A DNA stretch of 56,081 nucleotides, the filler included, from Platydemus manokwari (Eukaryota), in the NCBI GenBank assembly GCA_037951405.1. It is 5 parts of 5 records of this genome, joined end to end, with 100 filler letters (N's around TTAATTAATTAA, not from the genome) between each part and the next. Parts side by side here need not be neighbours in the genome. Positions count along the whole stretch, not along the records: positions 11,625 to 25,204 come from JBBMOY011682511.1; 4 more parts are not named here. One strand, 5' to 3'. The position numbers and the translations under genes are program-made. How positions within the stretch are numbered: the stretch's first letter is position 1; each line of letters starts with the position of its first letter. Below are positions 12,324-24,700 of this stretch, one piece after another. Below the pieces are notes generated by a model. It searched no databases. It was not told the origin of the DNA and saw only the letters and a list, made by a program, of their open reading frames with translations.

Positions 12324-13148
12324 TTGTTGAGAAGGTGTTTCGTTCAATCATATCAGATTGAATGCACAAAGCAAGTTAGAAGTGGGAGATATAATACTTT
12401 CTTAGGTACAGTTAGCCCACTGTGGAATAAGATTGTTTTTCACGGGTATCTATCGATTGCCGAGTTCCACTTCATTCATAAAGCAAAGACCGACACCCTA
12501 CCAACACTCAACAAGAAGTTCATGAATGGTATGGCGTGTCGGAAGTGCCTATATCCAACAGAATCACAAACTCATATTTTTACCATGTGCCCTCCATCAA
12601 TTTCTTTTAAAACGTATAGGCACAATGAGATTGTGGATATAGTCGCACGTTTCATAGAATACAATACCGACTTTAGAATTTTTATAGACGAAAAATGCCA
12701 GTTTATTGATTCCAATCTACAAGTAGATTTACAAATGATTAATGAGCGGAAATCAACAATTATGCTCATTGATATCAAGTGCCCAATGGATGAACTTAAG
12801 TTAATCGATGAAACAGATAAGAAAAATCTGTCAAAATATGACCAATTACGTAATGATATAAAATCAAAATTTCCCAAATTTACTGTGGAATTATATACTT
12901 TTATAGTTGGAGTATTGGGCACTTGGGTCAAGACCAATGATTTAATATTAAGAAAACTCGGGTTGAGTCAACAACTAATCAACAAAATGGCAATGAAATG
13001 TATTAAGTCTAATATTAGCGCATCGTTCCTCCAATGGCAGTTCCACAAGGGTAAGAGAAATATCAATATACCAAGAGCAAGTAAGTTCCATCCGGACTTA
13101 TTTTTTTCGGCAAGTGAGGGTAGGACGATGATGCTCAATAACTTTTAA
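12324..13148 (+). CDS. C-terminal fragment of the retrotransposon ORF (zinc knuckle + REL endonuclease)
   Basis: CRKCLYPTESQTHIFTMC, RHN and PD-(D/E)xK-like motifs. There is no true ATG start, so this is part of a disrupted ORF. Confidence 0.8.
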   Translation: MLRRCFVQSYQIECTKQVRSGRYNTFLGTVSPLWNKIVFHGYLSIAEFHFIHKAKTDTLPTLNKKFMNGMACRKCLYPTESQTHIFTMCPPSISFKTYRHNEIVDIVARFIEYNTDFRIFIDEKCQFIDSNLQVDLQMINERKSTIMLIDIKCPMDELKLIDETDKKNLSKYDQLRNDIKSKFPKFTVELYTFIVGVLGTWVKTNDLILRKLGLSQQLINKMAMKCIKSNISASFLQWQFHKGKRNINIPRASKFHPDLFFSASEGRTMMLNNF

Positions 13149-13149
13149 T

Positions 13150-13545
13150 CGGATTTTGAATTTATTGGACTTTACTTATTTTTATCTGACTTTGACTTTT
13201 TGGACTTATGAATTTTTTAATCTTTGTACATTGTTATTTTTGGAACTTGTATTTTTTTGGTCTTTAAAATTTTTTATGAACATATAATTTCAGAATTATG
13301 AGTTCGGACTTGCGAGTTCGGACTTGTACTTTTGGACTTGTATTTTGTATTTGGGTTGAATTTTGTAAAAATGGACTTTTTATGAACATATAATTTCAGA
13401 CTTATGAGTTCGGACTTGAGAGTTCGGAACTGTAACCTCGGACTTTAATCTTTTCGGAGTTATAGTCTCGGACTTGTGGGTTCGGACTTGTACTTTTGGA
13501 CTTATATTTTATTTTTGGGTTGAATTTTGTAGAAATGGACTTTGT
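13150..13545 (+). repeat. Tandem array of ~13-14-bp GAGTTCGGACTTG-like units with a higher-order duplication
   Basis: GGACTT recurs throughout. The block TTTTATGAACATATAATTTCAGA...TTGGGTTGAATTTTGTA.AAATGGACTTT occurs at ~13272 and ~13378. Confidence 0.85.
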
Positions 13546-13724
13546 CAAAACAAAACACGTTCGGAACAACAAAAACACCAAGACATCCAGAAATTTTGCA
13601 AATTGCGGACTCTGTGATATTAGGGGCCAATCCTCGGAACGGACTCTAAATTTTAAGTCATACGTGTATGACTTTTTGGATTTACATTGTTTGTGAATAA
13701 ATATTGGTTTTTTTGTTTTTTGTG

Positions 13725-13986
13725 AAATCAAAAATCACTAATTGTTTTCATCTATATCCACCTTCCACTTGGATCTTTGCGGGCTTTGATAGGAAGATCG
13801 AAGCTGGGATTGTTGGGATTTGGGACTTATCTTCAGCCAGGCTAAATACGGAGTTGAGAAGATGATCCCACTTAAGACATTGAGGGCTGTTGAGATATTG
13901 TTGATGTTGAACCGTTTTTGTAACAGTATTGTATCTGACTTTGAGAAGTTTTTCATGACAAGAAAAATATAAGAAAATCGTTTTGA
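13725..13986 (-). repeat. Dispersed repeat, copy B, containing an intact 72-aa ORF (13738-13956)
   Basis: Homologous by eye to 1406-1620. ORF MKNFSKSD...KWKVDIDENN. Confidence 0.55.
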
Positions 13987-14315
13987 TATACTTGGTTTAC
14001 ATGAAAATCAAATTTCAGTGATAAATTATATATCAATTAAAAAAATATTTCTAAATTTTATAAATTTATTGATGAAATAAAGAATCAAAATTTTAAAAAT
14101 CTTAATTTTTTAAAATTTCTGATTTAATTAACTTTTATAAGAAAACTTTTATAATAGAGTTAATATTCAGATCCACAGGACAGAGACAAAAATCTTTTAA
14201 ATTTATTTTCGACAAAGAATAATACCATTCAGTTTTTCTAATGAGGATTAAAACCAATTCCAGAATTATTCTCAAATTTACTTTTAAAAGATTTATCACT
14301 ATAACGAAGTCATTG

Positions 14316-15325
14316 TCACATCGTTCTATTAATCTCTATTAAGGACGCTAAAGATGGATGTGAAAGAACTACAGATTTTTCCAATCCTAAATGAACTGAG
14401 GTTTCCAGTAAAGAATCCAACGTGCTCAAATTGTTATATATAATATTTGGAACTGTTTTGATATAAGCATCTTGGAAATGAAATTTGTGCATATTTGGTC
14501 CATTCAACCAAGGATGACTGACAGCTGCTTTGCTTGACATTCTTTGTTGGGGATCTTTGGTTAATAAAGATTTCGTAAAATGTAAACAATCCTTTGAATA
14601 TTTTTTCCATTCTTTGGTAAAATATGAAATTTGTTTTTTTCTTATTTTTTTGTAAATATCTAAGGATGATCTACCACCAAACGGTGCATAACCAATTAAA
14701 ATTATGTAAATTATGATTCCAACAGACCAACAATCTACTTTTTTTGTATAGTGAGGATTTTCTTCAAGTATTTCTGGAGCTACGTAATATTTGCTGGCAA
14801 TAAAAGAATGGAATTCAGGATCTAAATCATTTGAGCAAATAAATGCTTTGGACACACCGAAATCAGTAATTTTCACTTTAAAATCAGTAAGCTTATTAAA
14901 GTACAAAATATTTTCTGGTTTTATGTCTCTATGTATAACTCCAATGGTATGCATATAAAATATTGCATCCATTATTTGACCGATTAAGATCTGAACTTCA
15001 CTTTCAGTGAATGATATTTTTGAAATAATTCTATCAAATAATTCTCCACCTGAACAATACTCTGAAACCAGGAAACAATTTCCTTTATCTATATATGCTT
15101 CATAAGCTCTTACTATGTGAGGGTGCATTAATATTTTCATTATATCAAATTCATTCTTCATGTCAATCTCTATTGTTGATGAAGTTCTACTAGTTACGTA
15201 CTTTTTAACAGCAAACTTTAATTTTGATACCTTATGGACGGCAAGTAATACTTCGGCATAAGAACCTTTACCCAGAACGTTTCTGCTCGGATCGATATCA
15301 TATTCATCAAAGAAGGGCGAAAATT
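14316..15325 (-). CDS. Ser/Thr protein kinase, CAMK group (main/last exon)
   Basis: The exon begins after an AG acceptor at 15326-15327. It encodes LGKGSYAEV, FAVKK, HPHIV, EYCSGGELFDRI, HRDIKPEN, DFG, YVAPE and DCWSVG. A phase-compatible 54-nt intron (15326-15379) leads to a likely upstream exon; the start codon is unresolved. Confidence 0.92.
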
Positions 15326-15912
15326 CTATAAAGAAAATTAAGTAATATTCAGGTAATACAAATATGTAATGATATTAACTTATTTGATTAAATTGAAAAT
15401 ATGATTCTAATATTGAATTTTCTGGATGTGGATATAATACAGAATCGAGCCTAGTACTTCTTTTACTTTTATTGGTATCTTTAGTATCTGTACGATTACA
15501 CAGAAACAGTTTTGTATAGTTTTATTTAAATTTCAATCATATAATCAATAAACATAAACAAATTATGATTTATTACTTTCGGTAGTTTTGACCAGTTGTT
15601 TGTAACAGCATGTGTGAATAAAAATAAATCAGCAATTATAATAAATAGACGAATTAGGTCAAGCATAAGATTATGACATAGATACTTTTTAAAAACTGTT
15701 TTCGCAGAGACTTTACCAAATCATACTTTAAAAATTTAAATATTTTCGCATAGTATTTTTAGTTCTTACAAAGAGAGTTAAATGACTTTGGGATTTTAAG
15801 GTCAATAATATCACATATACTTAAGAAATAGTTAAATCTAATCAACATTAAGAATTTGGTCTTATTTAGGTCACTTTATACTTTATTTTTTGAAATTTAA
15901 GTCTAGATTTAG

Positions 15913-16209
15913 CGGCTAAGGTATAGACTACTCTGAACATTGTTTTATCAAACTAATTTAATCTACCTACATATTATGAATATGAATATAAATGAATATT
16001 TAACAAATGATTTCGAGAGAACGTTTATCGGTCTCCCTGACATGCAATTAATAGCAAAGGCGCAGGAATATGGTAAAAAAAAATTTGGTAAAAATTATTT
16101 TTTTAATAACAAATTTTAATTTTTAATAACCAAATCACCGTGGTAACCATGGTAACAATGTAAAAATAGTTTGATAAAACAATGTTCAGAGTAGTCTATA
16201 CCTTAGCCG
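15913..16209. mobile_element. MITE-like element with perfect 43-bp inverted repeats
   Basis: 15913-15955 (CGGCTAAGGTATAGACTACTCTGAACATTGTTTTATCAAACTA) is the exact reverse complement of 16167-16209. The interior is non-coding. Confidence 0.8.
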
Positions 16210-16449
16210 ATTTAGCATTAAGTACTTTATACATCCTAAATTTGACAAAGAAAAATTATTTTATAGATAGTAATGTACCCTCTCGAATACACGTATTAAT
16301 AATACCGTCTATTATGCAAAAAAATATTCTAAATAAATATTCTTTTAAAAATTCTAAAAGAAAATAATTAATAATTTACTTAAATAAAAATAGTTAATTA
16401 AATGTTCTAGAACAATTCGTTTAAATGAGCCAATTTAATATTGTGTACG

Positions 16450-17150
16450 AAGACATTATAAAAAGCGTTCATTCTTTGCAACAACTGCCAGTTTGAAACC
16501 AAATTTTGTCTTTGTTTTATATTGATGATGCCAGTTGAAAGCTAGGTTTTAGACTGCGCTTTATGAAATGTTTTTTTAGCATCGGAAGCGTTTGCATAGT
16601 ACTAAATAGCTCATGTTACTGAAATACAGATTGTAACCCTCGATTCGTTTCGAACACAATAATACCATGGTTTTTATTCATATTAGTTTATCGTCGCATA
16701 ATATTCTTCCTTTTTGAAAAAAAGCAAAGTATCGCATATTTTTTTAGAATCTTATAAAAATCATTATCTACATGACATAATGGGGACGTATCAAGTTTTG
16801 TCGTAAAAATCCAAAAGAAAGTGAATTGAAATAAAATTGGCTAGCTTTTGACCTAAAAGCTCTCAAATTTAGTGAATCTACGGAAAGATCAACTTGGTAA
16901 AACACTTGTCTTCGTTCGAAGAAATAATATTTGCATTTAAGCATGTATATGTCAGACATTGTGAATGTAAACTTCCTGGTAACTAGATTTAGTTTATGAA
17001 AATTTACAAACATACGAAATGATCTATTATTTTCTCTACAATAACTATCAGAGAGTTACACAGACTCTTGCATGGCCCAATCTCTCTTATGTGAAACAAA
17101 TCTGTAACTATTTCGTCTGTTTTCTTCTCTAGATACATGGACTGTCTTAC
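16450..17150 (-). mobile_element. Degenerate Ty3/Gypsy reverse transcriptase remnant
   Basis: EIVTDLFHIREIGPCKSLCNSLIVIV / RMFVNFHKLNLVTRKFTFTM / FYQVDL...RAFRS...FYFNSLSFG match the Gypsy RT blocks (SPxxxV, RMCVDYRKLN, YHQV, TAF, MPFG). The frame is disrupted. Confidence 0.75.
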
Positions 17151-17991
17151 ATTTTAGTGTTGTTTCTCTTCCATTATTATTGGTTTTGAGTTTGAGAATT
17201 TTGGCTTGTGTCGTTGATCTACACTTCATTTTTTTCGAATATTTTACGTGTTATGAAACTCTTGTGCTTCAAATATCCCGATAACCAAAATTTTTTATTT
17301 TTACTGGAGAAAAAGGTGGTATCTATATCCAATTATATTTGCAACAATTGAAACTTGTTGCGATACTTCTTAACTTTTGTAGATCTTAGATAGGGATTGA
17401 ATTTCAAACATTTCAATCTCTAGCTTTGCCAAAAGAACATTTTATTTTGTACTCTCTTAGAAACAATAATTTTAACAATTTTTTCAAGCATTAAGAGTGA
17501 GTTTATAACCAATTCAACCAAATTTTGAACTCGAATCTTAAATCAGACAAATAACTTATTATTATTTTGTTGGACTCTTCCTAATTCGAAAATTAAATGG
17601 GTTATTGAATTTTTTTGTAAAGATGCTCATGAACCTTTTGACCAATCCCACACATACGAAATCCAAATGTACAATAGAAACGTGAGAAAGTAAAGATTAA
17701 ACCAAAATAGGATACAAAAAATTACACACAAACCTCGGGTATAAATATCGATATAAAGAGGGCCAAGTACCAGATGGATGCAAAGTTTTGGTAACTTTTT
17801 TTGAGACATTGTATTGAATTTTAGAGTCCTACTGATTAGTACATGTGTAGTTAAAAGTCAAGTTTTAGTTGTAATTTCATCCCACATTAATAATCAACCC
17901 CTAAAATTAATTCGGGAAATTTAAAAAGTTCCCATGGTAATTTTAAAATTTAATTCACGTCATCATAATATATTGCTAAAGCGAAAGCATT

Positions 17992-18497
17992 AGTAACGTC
18001 GAATCACCATGGAAAATAAATTACTATGGAGAAAATAAACTGCAGAAAATTAATCATCACTCCGACAAATAATCTGGGTATATAAACCCAGCCCAAAAAT
18101 TGGGAAATCGCACATTCATTTCAGCACATTAATCGTATATTAATTTTAGCACATTATTCCAAAGTTCAGAATTTTGGACGGAATTTCACTAGCAGTATTC
18201 GGTATTCAAATTCATCTTCTCTCATACGCGACAATATTATTTTTGGGACAACCTTCATCGAAAGAAAATTTTCATTTGTCACCAATCAGCTTATCGAAAT
18301 TCCTCACCCATTAAGCTTCAGGCCCATATCATCCAATCGTTATTATATTTAACAATCAACTCAATCGTTTAAATTTGCAATTCATCAATATATGCTTATA
18401 TTTGATAATTTTATATTATAATAAAAGTTTTTGTATCATTGTCTCATCATTTTATTATGCTATCATTATTATATTCAAATTATACACGCAACCTACA
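17992..18497 (+). mobile_element. Possible solo LTR
   Basis: ~500-bp block with ends (t/a)GTAACG...CTACA, TATATAAA at ~18079 and AATAAA at ~18420. No clean TSD. Confidence 0.3.
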
Positions 18498-19896
18498 ATT
18501 CTGATTTGGATAAGATCATTTGTGGATTCTCCACTGTTCTGATTTTAATCATATCTTTCTAACTTATATCGTCCAAAGAGTCTTTACTAGTTGAATTATT
18601 TTTAAATCGTCACAACAAATACTACTTAGCTCAGGTTAGTAGGATTCCATCACTTTGTCCGTCGTACGGATTAGTGCGTGAGTTAGAAATAAAGCTTACA
18701 ATCTTACAATTGGAGTCAGCAATTAATCGGTTATTCAGAATTTAACCGCAGCACTTCATTTGGAACTTAGTTGGCATATTTTGAAATATACAGCTCAGAA
18801 TCTCTTCTATTTTCTTAAGCAGCGTCTCCAATAACATTTTTAGTTGTTGCCTTCTGGTTACAACATGAATTTTGACACCGTGGTTGCCAGTAACAGCCAC
18901 AGTGAATACATATGTATATTTTAAAAACAATATCTAACAACTAAATATTAAAACAAGTATACACATAACTATTAACATTATATAAGTTAAATTCCTGAGC
19001 ACACACCCTGCTGAAAATACCGACTAAAGAATCATAACAGTAATTACTTTAAACTTCATAAAATGTGAATATGACAGAAAGTGATTCAAAATTCTAATTT
19101 AAAAAGACAAAAAATATTGGTCAATAATATAGACAGTAAAAATAGCCTAAATAATTAACAGGCATTTCTAGAAGATCGATTTTAATTAAATACTAGAAGT
19201 TGGTTTGATGTAAATTATTGGGCCGTAGTTCTCTAGGTGCCAAGATCCAGGTTATCTACTCGCTAGTCAATGCATACTGCTGTAACATTAGCATTTTCTC
19301 ATTTGATCACCTCACAGTATTTAACTTACTAATTTAATTTTTATACAAATCTTTGAATACATAAAAACTTTATGCAATTTAATGGGAGCCATAAGAAGCA
19401 AAAAAAATTATCTAAAAATTCTTTGTGGTACATATGTAATGACATAAAATCACTTATTAATTGTTGGAATTAAATGGGTCATTTAAACATACCAAAAAAT
19501 TTATCTGAGATAGCACTGAATTTTGGCACTTAAAATTTAAAACACTATCAATGATTTTATTAAATCCTAAATTGTCTTGCTAATTAAAATATCCACCGAG
19601 ATAAATGCGTCAATCTTTTATATGCTGATGTAATTTCAAATATAATAACTTAAAATTTTAAATAACTTGAATTTCATTCATTGGAAATATATATTGCACT
19701 ATAATGATTAATGTCTGTTAAATATCATTATTTCTATAGACCAAACATTTTTTCAATTTCATGTTTAAAGATAATTTAAATGCAGAAAGAAATAATAAAA
19801 TTATTCATGTTTTAATATTATCATAGTATTACAAGTTTGTTTTACAATTTCTAATTACTTTTTGTACCAAGTAAATCAATTTTAAATTTTAATAAC

Positions 19897-19941
19897 ATGG
19901 CTGGTAACGTAGGAAACAATATTAATGTAATTAATGATCAA
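19897..19941 (+). CDS. vlgB: DDX3/PL10-type vasa-like DEAD-box helicase, exon 1 (MAGNVGNNINVINDQ)
   Basis: ATG at 19897 and a phase-0 58-nt GT-AG intron (19942-19999). The joined INDQMGNLDI resembles the N-terminal NES-like motif of DDX3 proteins. Confidence 0.7.
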
Positions 19942-19999
19942 GTACATAATTTAGCATTATTTTACTAAGAATATATATTTCTAACTATATAAAACTTAG

Positions 20000-20734
20000 A
20001 TGGGAAATCTAGATATTAAATCAAATGAAAATATAAGCCAAAGTCAACAAAGTTCTAATATGACATCTGATATAAGTTTATTAGCTCATCAAAATAACAA
20101 ATTTTTGGAAAACTATTTGATGATGAATCCATATGGAGTTAATTATGATCATTTATATTTACCGCAAAATGTGGCATATTTAACTGCACAGCAACTTTCA
20201 AATAATATCATGGCTAATAACCGAAATCAAATTAACGCAGCTTATACATCGCAACAGTTTTCAAACCAATCCATTCCGATAAAAAATATTTATGATCAAT
20301 CACATATGAAATATTCACAGAATTCAGGATCATGGCGAGCACCAATGAACAATACCAATGTTTATGATGGCATGAAGCAAAGTCCTATTGGCGTTCATTA
20401 TTTACAAAACGGAATGGATTTATATACCAACATTGATAATAATTTGACGACCAATGCCATAAATTTTGATAAATATGATTCCATCCCGGTTAGTGTCACC
20501 GGTCCCGATTATTCCTCGACGAATGCTATTGAAAATTTCGATGAATTGAAATTGGATCACAATATTAGGAACAACATATTGTTAGCATCTTATCAGCGTC
20601 CTACTCCGATTCAGAAAAATGCCATACCAGCAATTTTGGAGCACAGAGACATCATGGCGTGTGCCCAAACGGGTTCGGGAAAAACGGCAGCATTTCTGAT
20701 TCCCATTATCAATCATTTAGTCAATCAAGATTTG
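20000..20734 (+). CDS. vlgB: DDX3/PL10-type vasa-like DEAD-box helicase, exon 2 (N/Q-rich region, Q motif, motif I)
   Basis: INFDKYDSIPV, FDELKL, PTPIQ and AQTGSGKT are present, with GT donor at 20735. The sequence is near-identical to my recollection of planarian DjVLGB. Later exons are not in the window. Confidence 0.9.
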
Positions 20735-21265
20735 GTAATGATATTGTTGAAATTATTTATTTTCTATATTGGTTGTTGATGTTTGTTTATTTAATTTATT
20801 AACAATTCATTATTTATTAAAAATTGGTGGGTATGATTTCTAAGGAGATAAATTTAAAATTGATTTGAATAAATTTGTTGACATTTTCAACGCAAATATA
20901 CAAAAATTGACAAATCATACGGTTAAGCGGTGAATTATGATGGAGTTAGATAGAGCGGGATTGAAATCAAATATAAACATGAGTCAATTATGGAATGATG
21001 CAATCGAGATCCGATCTAGTATTAATGGGGTGAGGTGCAAGGGTTTATGAAATGATCTTAATCAAATCATTACGACCAGGATTTCATTGTCTAGTTTACG
21101 GACATGATGGTTTTGTAGTCATTTTTACGAGGTGTTTTTCATCAATTTTTAATTCTTAGTTCTGCATTTGTCTATTCGAACCTACGATTATTTAAAATAA
21201 TTTCGATGCCTTTTGCAAACTGATGCTTTTATTGATTAATTTTGATTTTATACCACTATCCACAA

Positions 21266-21312
<47 letters not shown>
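21266..21312. repeat. Compound (CA)n(TA)n microsatellite
   Basis: Seen directly. Confidence 0.95.
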
Positions 21313-21315
<3 letters not shown>

Positions 21316-21332
21316 ATATATAAAATTACTGA

Positions 21333-21777
21333 TCCTCAAAATTATCGAAATTATAATTCACCGGAATATAGACAGAACTTCTGGATGGCTCTCGGGGAAA
21401 AGATTTTTATATTAAACAATTTCATTGAATAGGATTATCTTTTCCAATGGGGATCTATATTTTCTAGGGATTGGAATAAATATAAATCGTTTTATTTTTA
21501 TTTCAATCCCCAGAAAATATAAATCCCCCTTGTAAAAGATAATCCTATTCAATTAAATCGTTTAATATAAAAATCTTTTCCCCGATGTGTGTGTGTGTAT
21601 CCCTAAAAATAAATATAAATCATTCTATTTTTATTCCAATCCCTAGAAAATATAGATCCCCATTGGGAAAGATAATCCTATTCAATGAAATTGTTTAATA
21701 TAAAAATCTTTTCCCCGAAATCCATCCAGAAGTTCTCACCATAATCAGGTGAATTATAATTTCAATTATTTTGAGGA
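21333..21777. mobile_element. Foldback/MITE-like element with ~150-bp inverted arms and an extra internal inverted copy
   Basis: 21333-21480 is the near-perfect reverse complement of 21630-21777. 21497-21585 is a second, more diverged inverted copy of the inner part of the left arm. Confidence 0.85.
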
Positions 21778-24700
21778 GGAGCAATTTTTTTTAAATTAAA
21801 ATTATTTCCTTTTATTATTTATTATTAAATTATACAAAAATATTTCACCATAAAATCCATTTAATTTAATCATAATATAAAATTCAATTTTGATTAAAAA
21901 CTTACGATTTATTATAAAACCAGATTGTAAATATATAAAATATCATTTAATAAATTTACAGCATAGATTTATTAAAGTAAATATTCCTTTTGATTTGTTT
22001 TTATTACACCAAAAATTTCTTGAAATGCTTGAATGGAAGTCCAGTAAGATTAGGGCGCTTCGTTGAATTGAATTTTTTCATCCATTATTTCCTTAATTAC
22101 GAAATCCGCTTGTTGTGAAGATTTATTCTAAATGACCGATTTACACTTTCAGTGCCAATAAATTGATAATAATGTTTATATGAAACATTGCTATTTTATA
22201 TTAAAATTAAATAGCGATGGATAATTATAAAGTTATCATTGTAACGTTAATTCAGTCCTACAAGCTTTAACCGGAATGACAACTCTTAATTCTTCATTTT
22301 CAACTCATTTATTTGAACATTTTGAAAAATATATTTGAATCTTAAGTTACAAATCATTTGACTATTAATTCTTTATATATTTTTTGAAATTGAATCTCAT
22401 ATTGTTTTGAAAATTGTGACCATAAATTAACTCATTCAAATATTTATGAAATGTTTTCTGTCTTTCACAGATTCTGCCACTGTTCAAATGTAACTTATGT
22501 TCTCATAATTCACTATTTTTGGGCTGTATTCTCCATTTCAAATTTTATGAAGTTCTTTAATCATTTCCAATTTGATAACAATTACACCAGTTTCAGAAAA
22601 TTATATTTGAACCAGTTATTAAATAATGTTCAATTATTTTAACAATTAAAGATTAAAATTCATAATTTTGTATTACCAAACGGACGTAATTGGCATAATT
22701 ATCGATATTTAACGGCCTCAATGAATCTTTGATACAGTGCTTGGATATGGCAAATTCACAATGATTAAGAAATGGCTTATTAGTTTAATTTTGAAAATAT
22801 ATTTACATGATAATAAATCGATTACATAATTATATTTCAACTGGATTATATAAACGGTTATAATTTATTGTAAAATATCGGAAATAATTATTATATTAAG
22901 CCCATTTGAATGAAATCAAATTATCAAAATGTGAATCCCATCTTCTTAACACTTATGAGATTTTCGTTTATCAATTTGTGATCTTAAAATATCTGAAACT
23001 ATTAATTATTGGTTAAGAATTATTATAATTATGTTTTGAAGCTATTATGTTATTGATATAATGTTTCCGTTGAAATATTTTTAGTTGATTATTTTTTAAA
23101 TGTAGTTAGATTATATTTTAATATGTTTCTTAAAATTGCCTTTAAATTCCTTAAGTTTAAAATTCTTTAAATATTAATAAATAATATGGTTGACATGATT
23201 TAAAGGAAAAACAAAAGCTATTACTGAAATTAGTGTAGATCAAAATTTAAAGTTTTCCTTGTCTCATTATTATGGGAAATTCATTGACTGTTGTAGTGCT
23301 GAAGCAAGTTAATCAATATTTACGAGTTTAGCAATATTTAATAAATGTGTTGATATATGGTTTGGAATAAGATTTCATCTTTATAATGTACGTATTCCGA
23401 ATAATCAATTTATTCTATTAATATTTGAATTTTAAAATAAAAATATAATAATTTTGAATTACTTAAATTGACTTATTTATTGTATTGCTTTATAAAAACT
23501 ATATCTTCGCGGTATGTGATTTATTTGTAAAATTACAAAAAAACATTTCAAATACAACATGTAATAAATGTAAAAAAACTGAATATTTATCATTTAATTC
23601 GATTAGTTTCAAATGTCACCTTTTATTTATTTTGAATCGAAGCATTAAAATTTATAATTTGTTTCTGACATTAAAGAAGTTATCAGATAAATTTTGAATT
23701 CGAAACAATGGCATACCGTTTCTAGTACTTCGTTTAATGTTTTATTTAATAAAGAATATTAATATTTGTTTTTCCTACTCACGAAATCATAGATTAACTA
23801 AACTTTTAAGATGTGCTCGTTCTAAATACAATTTAAAGTTTGATTTTTGAAAGACAATGTTTGGATTTTGAACTAGATTTCTTGGATAGTAGTTATAAAG
23901 AAAATAAACCCGAATACACTGGACTCTGTCAAGTTCCCAGGCACCAGTTGAAAATTTTCCAAAATATGTTTTCCATATTTTTTAGGTTGACGAAATTTAT
24001 GTAATTTTCTGTAAATGTTTAATTGACGACAAAGTTAGATTCAGTCTAATCGTCTTTTTTGGTAAAAAGATTTTTCATGAGATAAAGGATATATGGTTAT
24101 GAATAATTAACTAATGAAGCGGAAATACCGTAAATCACGTGATAGATTATAATCTGTTGTTGGACTGACTTTTGCGACTTCAATATTTTAATTATTAAAA
24201 GTCATAACTGTACGAGACTCGATTGTTTTTTCTCTCATTCTATAATTATCTATGAAATAACGAATAAATTGACAAAACAGCGGAATGTAATTTCTATTTT
24301 ATTATATTGATCAATGAATTCAAGTAAAGATTTTATAGTAACAAATCGTTTTTTCAGAAACTATTATAGAAATAATTAAAAAATATTTCAAAACTAAATA
24401 ACTTAGTATTGGAAAAAAATAAAATTAAAAATATTAAGCGCTGACACCAAATAAATTTCAATAATCTTTGGCTTTAATAGATATTCTATATTAAAATCAC
24501 GAAGTATTTATAAATGTTCTTTTTCAACTTTATAATTAATGCGTTAAATTGGAGTATTTTTAATATCAGAAATTTTTCAGTAAGACTAAACTATAATTTT
24601 TTGAAAAATATAATCTAAAATTGAACTAATTGAACAAAAATTGACTTAATTTTCTAAGAGGATTATGTTTTACATAAAAGTTCTGGGATTATATGTATGA

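Larger units (their letters stand above)
11447..13148 (+). mobile_element. 5'-truncated, frameshifted non-LTR retrotransposon with restriction-like endonuclease (NeSL/Utopia/R5-like)
   Basis: 11447-11524 reads YAAFEHSKYTRHLSISVAWLDIANAF (RT3). After the spacer come HYRYLGVN (RT7), LLPWQKL and YLYASKSNGGCGL. ORF 12324-13148 has the CCHC knuckle CRKC-x7-H-x4-C, RHNEIV, the QVD...IDIKCP...K..KY nuclease motif and IVGVLGTW. Confidence 0.9.

Noticed and set aside
12572-12937. 121-aa antisense ORF (also 39004-39267, 33525-33800, 32179-32379, 29191-29406)
   Set aside because: Shadow frames opposite real coding sequence.
13150-13545. Repeat array as CRISPR; ORFs 13402-13731 and 13496-13696
   Set aside because: Eukaryotic context, degenerate tandem units without unique spacers and no cas genes. 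The ORFs are by-products of the repeat.
22020-22760. Possible hAT transposase dimerisation remnant (GTESVNRSF) on the minus strand
   Set aside because: One weak motif in heavily degraded sequence; needs a profile search.
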